From assembly GCA_047601445.1 (NCBI GenBank), contig JASGJH010000001.1, positions 2,912,001-2,976,000 on the forward strand: a stretch of 64,000 nucleotides of DNA, in the 5' to 3' direction. The notes under the pieces were generated by a model. The model saw nothing but the letters and a program-made list of their open reading frames with translations, was not told where the DNA came from and did no database searches. The position numbers and the translations under genes were made by a program. Source of the stretch: Myxococcales bacterium (lineage in GTDB: Bacteria; Myxococcota_A; Polyangia; Polyangiales; DASUME01). This document shows, one piece after another, positions 60,004-64,000 of this stretch (positions are counted from its first letter, which is position 1; the number at the start of each line of letters is the position of its first letter).

Positions 60004-60564
60004 ATGCGAGTTTTGTTGCCATGGTTGCGCGCCAGCTTGATGGGCGCGCTGGTGATGTTCGCATGGGGCGCGTTCGCGCACATGCTGTTGCTGAAGGGCG
60101 CCGGCTTCGCCCGCTTGGATCAGGAAGACGCCGTGATCACCGAGCTCGCGCGCGACATCGGCCGGGAGGGGCTCTACTTCTTCCCGAGCCTCGACTTCGA
60201 GCGCACCAGCACACCCGCGGAGAACGCCGCCTGGGAAGCGAAGTTCGCGCGCGGGCCCACCGGACTGGTGCTGTTTCATCCGGCGGGAGATGCGCCGGTG
60301 TCGCTCCGGAAGCTGACGCGGCAGTTCTTGAGCGAGTGGCTGGCCGCGCTCGTCGTGGTCTGGGTGCTGTCCCTCGTGGTGGCGCCGTACTGGAAGCGCG
60401 TCCTTTTGACAGGAGCGCTAGGCGCCTTCGCGTGCCTCTCGGTGAGTGCCCTGTACTGGACCTGGTATGGATTCCCCACGGCGTTCTTCTTGGCTCAGTG
60501 CGTGGACAAGGTGCTTGGCTGGACCCTCGCGGGTGCGCTGATCGCGCGGCGCCTGCCGGGCTGA
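60004..60564 (+). CDS. Four-TM membrane protein
   Basis: F.WG...H..L, GLYFFP, YW.WYGFP; follows the ECF gene by 7 bp. Confidence 0.75.
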   Translation: MRVLLPWLRASLMGALVMFAWGAFAHMLLLKGAGFARLDQEDAVITELARDIGREGLYFFPSLDFERTSTPAENAAWEAKFARGPTGLVLFHPAGDAPVSLRKLTRQFLSEWLAALVVVWVLSLVVAPYWKRVLLTGALGAFACLSVSALYWTWYGFPTAFFLAQCVDKVLGWTLAGALIARRLPG

Positions 60565-60579
60565 AGCCCCGCGTCTCGC

Positions 60580-61815
60580 TTACGGAGCAGGCTCCTGCGC
60601 GTGGGTGGTCGCTTGAGTGGCAGGCTCACCGTTCGCGGCGACGGGTGGATTCGCGGGCGTGAGCTGCTCGCTGCGTCCGCCTTCGTAGACCGCGATGGCC
60701 CAGAGCTCCGGTTCGTAGGCGCCGCCGGGCACGGACGAGTTCCAGTCGAGGTTGAGCCAGATGGGACATTCCTCGGAGCTGCGGTAGGCGATGGTGCTGG
60801 GAACCTTGCCGCTGATGTATTGCTTGAAACGCGTCTTGTAGTGGGTGATCAAGGCCTTGGCGACCTTGGGTGCCTCTCCCTGCACGCAGGCCTCGGCGTA
60901 GGCGTGACCGCCCTTCGGGCCGTCCATCATGATCACGCGCGCCTTGCCGCCGATGGCTGTGATCATGGAGACCAGCGTGATCGCGAAGTCGTCGCAGTCG
61001 CCGACGTAGCCGTTCTCGATGGTCTCCTTCGCCGTGGCGAAGTACTCGCGGCCCTCCGGGTCGTTCACGTAGCGCCAGCGCTGGCGCACTGCGGCCCAGA
61101 TCTCGGCGACCTGCTCCACATGGAACGGGCCCTGATTGCGCGCCGCGATCTTCACCGCCGTGTTGCGCGTGACCGGGTCCATGGGATCGATGGCGGCAGT
61201 GAGCTTGAGCACCGTGGGATCCGTCGACGGCTGCGCGCCCGGCTCGACCGGAGGCTTCGCCTCGGACGCTGTGGCGAGCGTGGATTCGGGACGCGCGCCC
61301 AGAGCGCCCGAAGACGCCAGCTGATACGCGGCACCGCAGAGACCGCCGATCACCACCAGTCCGAGCGTGAGCAGGAGCGGACTCACGGAGTTGCCGCGCG
61401 GCTTGGTATCCGTGCGCAAGGTGGCCTTGCAGGCCGGGCAGTGCAGCTCCTTGGGAACCGGTCCCGCGGCAAGTTGGCCGACGTGACCGCAGTTGCCGCA
61501 GACGAAGGATGGGGAGCGCATGGCGGGCATCACCAGTGTGCGCGCGCCCACCCCCGCCTTGAGCAAGACCCGCAGGCCCTCATGGCTCCAGGGCAGGACG
61601 ACCTCGCCGATGGTGATCTCTGCGCCCGGCCGCGTCTTCGCCTGCCGCACGCGCTGGCCATCCACGAACGTCCCGTTGGCGGACGAAAGATCTTCGACGA
61701 TCAGCGAGGTGCCGGACCAGGAGAGCCGTGCGTGGTGGTTCGAGACCGTCGGATGGTCGAGCACCACATCGTTGTCACTGGCTCGTCCGATCGTGGCGTA
61801 GATGCGTTTGGCCAT
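60580..61815 (-). CDS. FHA - Zn ribbon - TM - transglutaminase-like fusion protein
   Basis: IGR, SNHHA, DLSSANGT; CGNC/CPAC; TM; YVNDP, GDCDDF, GHAYAE, WLNLDW. Confidence 0.88.
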   Translation of the reverse strand: MAKRIYATIGRASDNDVVLDHPTVSNHHARLSWSGTSLIVEDLSSANGTFVDGQRVRQAKTRPGAEITIGEVVLPWSHEGLRVLLKAGVGARTLVMPAMRSPSFVCGNCGHVGQLAAGPVPKELHCPACKATLRTDTKPRGNSVSPLLLTLGLVVIGGLCGAAYQLASSGALGARPESTLATASEAKPPVEPGAQPSTDPTVLKLTAAIDPMDPVTRNTAVKIAARNQGPFHVEQVAEIWAAVRQRWRYVNDPEGREYFATAKETIENGYVGDCDDFAITLVSMITAIGGKARVIMMDGPKGGHAYAEACVQGEAPKVAKALITHYKTRFKQYISGKVPSTIAYRSSEECPIWLNLDWNSSVPGGAYEPELWAIAVYEGGRSEQLTPANPPVAANGEPATQATTHAQEPAP

Positions 61816-61881
61816 CGAAGCCCTACTCTAGCGCGCCGAGCCGGGTGTCGTCGGCGGTCTGGCGAGAACGACCCAAGTCCC

Positions 61882-62685
61882 TCACTGGCAGGCCTTCTCG
61901 CAGTTTCCCGCGCAGCATTTCCGGGTCTGGCCCACGCACTTGTGGCCGCAACTTCCGCAGTTGTTGGTGTCCACCATCAGGTCGAAGCCCTCATCCACCA
62001 TGCCATTGCAGTTGTCGTCGGCGTGGTTGCAGAGCTCGGGCAGCATCTCGCAGCTGATGCCCGTGCCGGCATCTTTCCCCGCGTCGCTCCCGGCATCCAC
62101 GCCCGAAGGCGGCAGGCCGGAGTCGCGCTGCGAGGTGCCGGAGTCGACGTGAGTGCTCGCATCCATCTCCGCGAGAGAACCGCCGTCCCCGGAATGCTCC
62201 TCCTCGAACACCCGGGGCTCGTCTCCCGACCAGTCCTTGAGCGACACCGGATCCAGGTCCGCAGACTGGCAGCCGTACTCGGTGCAGGTCTGCTCTCCGC
62301 AAGACTGCGTCAGACAGGAACGCACCAGATGCATGGGTAGCACCAACGTATGGCCGGTTCGAAACGCGAGGTGCGCGTCCCGCTGCACGAGCACGCTGCC
62401 GGCATGCTTCCCGATCACGCGCACGTTCACAGGAGACAGGGGCCCTTCCTGGTGCACCAAGCCGAGGCTGCGCGGTAGCGCAGGTTGCCCGGGCCCCAAG
62501 GCAGCGGTCGCTTCCTGGCTCTTGCCGCCGGGACCATCGATGTGCATCACGATCTCGTCGAGCTCGTCTGGCACGCGCAGGTCGCTATCCACCACCAGCA
62601 TGATCTGGGTGCGCGCCAGCTCTTCCGGCGCGCATGCCGAGAGCCCCATCGCAACCAGCAGCGAACCTAGCCAACGCCTCACCAT
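61882..62685 (-). CDS. Cys-rich lipoprotein with putative metal-binding repeat
   Basis: LSAC lipobox, TQIMLVVDSD, LP.SLG, ELCN..DDNCNG.VDEG, D.NNCG.CG..C. Confidence 0.8.
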   Translation of the reverse strand: MVRRWLGSLLVAMGLSACAPEELARTQIMLVVDSDLRVPDELDEIVMHIDGPGGKSQEATAALGPGQPALPRSLGLVHQEGPLSPVNVRVIGKHAGSVLVQRDAHLAFRTGHTLVLPMHLVRSCLTQSCGEQTCTEYGCQSADLDPVSLKDWSGDEPRVFEEEHSGDGGSLAEMDASTHVDSGTSQRDSGLPPSGVDAGSDAGKDAGTGISCEMLPELCNHADDNCNGMVDEGFDLMVDTNNCGSCGHKCVGQTRKCCAGNCEKACQ

Positions 62686-63590
62686 GTGAGCACTCCGGTG
62701 TCGCCCTGCAAGGGCTCCTGATGGGTCTCGGCGGGCTTGGAGAGTATGATCGCGAGCGTGGCACCGATGCCCGCGGCGACGACGCCAGCGGCGATCCCAA
62801 TCCAGCGCCGCCGCTTGCGGCGCGCGTGATCCTCGTCGTCGCGCTGGCTGGAGTCCACGGTGAGCGCGGGGGGCGGCGCGGAGTCGCGCACGGTCGAGAC
62901 CTGGATTTGGGTGGCCTGTTGAAGGTCCGTGACCACCACGCTCACGTCCACCAGCGCCGCCGTGCCCACGGGGATGTCGATTTCGCGACGCGAAAGGGTG
63001 GTCTCCGCGCGGCTGGCCACGACCTCGTGCTTGCCGGCGGGCACGGCCTGGGGACGCCCCACAAGAACCGGGTCGAGCGGCACTCCGTCGACCTGAATGC
63101 CCAGGTCCGTCTGTGAGGCGCTGGTGATCACGGTCAGTCGGGCTACCTGGGTGTGGAGCGATGCCTCGAGCTGACGGGCGCGCTCTCGCACGGGCTCCGG
63201 CGTGGTCTCGTTGGCGAGCACGCTCTGACAGCGGTTGTAGGCCTCGTCGTACTGGTGCAGCTCGTAGAGCGCGGCGGCCAGGTTGTACTCCACGGGAGGA
63301 GCACTGCGAATGCTGAGCGCTTCGGAGAAGGCCTCGGCCGCAGCGGAGAAGTTGTGGCGCTCGGCGAGCTGCAGGCCGCGTTGAAAGAGCTGACGCGCAC
63401 GCTCGAGCTCGGGGTCGTTCGTCACGGCGGGTGGTGCCGACGCCGAGGAAGGCGAGGCGTGGTCGGGCTGGCCCGCATCCTGCGCGTGTGCGCCGCTCAG
63501 TGACGGCGGCGACAACAGGCACGAGACGCAGACCAGGAGCGAAACACGAGCAAAGGTCCGGAGCATGAGGCTTCGCGCGAATGCGTACAC
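62679..63590 (-). CDS. TPR + PEGA-like protein with C-terminal TM
   Basis: Signal AHAQ, AR.LF..G, YNLA, VDG....G.H.V, RRRW + TM. Confidence 0.8.
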   Translation of the reverse strand: MYAFARSLMLRTFARVSLLVCVSCLLSPPSLSGAHAQDAGQPDHASPSSASAPPAVTNDPELERARQLFQRGLQLAERHNFSAAAEAFSEALSIRSAPPVEYNLAAALYELHQYDEAYNRCQSVLANETTPEPVRERARQLEASLHTQVARLTVITSASQTDLGIQVDGVPLDPVLVGRPQAVPAGKHEVVASRAETTLSRREIDIPVGTAALVDVSVVVTDLQQATQIQVSTVRDSAPPPALTVDSSQRDDEDHARRKRRRWIGIAAGVVAAGIGATLAIILSKPAETHQEPLQGDTGVLTW

Positions 63591-63604
63591 GACTCGAGCC
63601 TAGG

Positions 63605-64000
63605 TTAGAAGCCCGGATCGGCGACGAAGCCAGGGGAGGAACGTCTCCGTGGCCGCGCGGGAGCAGGGGTGACGGGCGCCGGACGGGCGACAGGTGCATC
63701 GGGGCTTGCGGGTTCGACCTCGGCTGGCTCGGCGACTCGTGGTTCTGGAGCGGCTGCCACGGGCGCTTCCGGCGCCGTGGTCCGTGGCTCGGGCGCGGGC
63801 TGAGCAGGAGTCAGGCCCGGCACGGGGGCGGGCGCCGGCTGTGCAGCGGCAGGGCTCGGCGTGGCAGCAGCGGGCGGTTTGGCTGCGACCTGGGGCTCGA
63901 TGGCCCTCGAATCGGTGCGTGCCGTCCAGGCCAATAGGCCAGCCATCACGATCACCACTAGCGCCAACACGGGCCACAGACGGCGCCCGGCCGGGCGCGT
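63605..64000 (-). CDS. C-terminal TM + Pro-rich tail, probably of a Ser/Thr kinase (partial)
   Basis: Frame is open to the window end (TRPAGRRLWPVLALVV...) and ends FVADPGF; same position relative to the PEGA gene as the kinase at 17957. Kinase domain not visible. Confidence 0.55.
   Translation of the reverse strand, partial: TRPAGRRLWPVLALVVIVMAGLLAWTARTDSRAIEPQVAAKPPAAATPSPAAAQPAPAPVPGLTPAQPAPEPRTTAPEAPVAAAPEPRVAEPAEVEPASPDAPVARPAPVTPAPARPRRRSSPGFVADPGF

Noticed and set aside
58875..60083. 577-aa minus-strand ORF
   Set aside because: Mostly antisense to the ECF gene; only the last 174 codons look genuine.

Overview
High-GC bacterial window with dense coding and an accessory-type gene set. 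Several features point to a myxobacterium, probably Polyangiales (inference): MYXO-CTERM-like tails, an FHA-sigma54 activator, Ser/Thr kinase + TPR/PEGA modules, many lipoproteins with Asp/Ala/Gly tethers, and three ECF sigma factors. I call about 62 CDS and see no rRNA, tRNA, CRISPR array, transposase or integrase. Four genes are broken by a 1-2 nt indel, which looks like read or assembly error. Highlights: (1) a three-gene candidate sterol-tailoring locus at 49.1-52.6 kb (GGR-family flavoenzyme, Neverland/KshA-type Rieske oxygenase, ERG6/STRM-1-like methyltransferase); (2) two kinase-TPR/PEGA-lipoprotein modules, one with an FHA-sigma54 activator and a downstream sigma54 promoter, the other followed by an FHA-Zn ribbon-TM-transglutaminase fusion; (3) a lipoprotein built from a tandemly duplicated ~246-aa domain I cannot name; (4) enzymes aimed at typical prey or competitor compounds (lipid-anchored mcl-PHA depolymerase, PhlG-like DAPG hydrolase, Rox-like monooxygenase); (5) a heptamer-periodic element bounded by 14-bp inverted repeats, plus several readable operators and promoters. 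All family calls come from motif recognition by eye; no database search was run.
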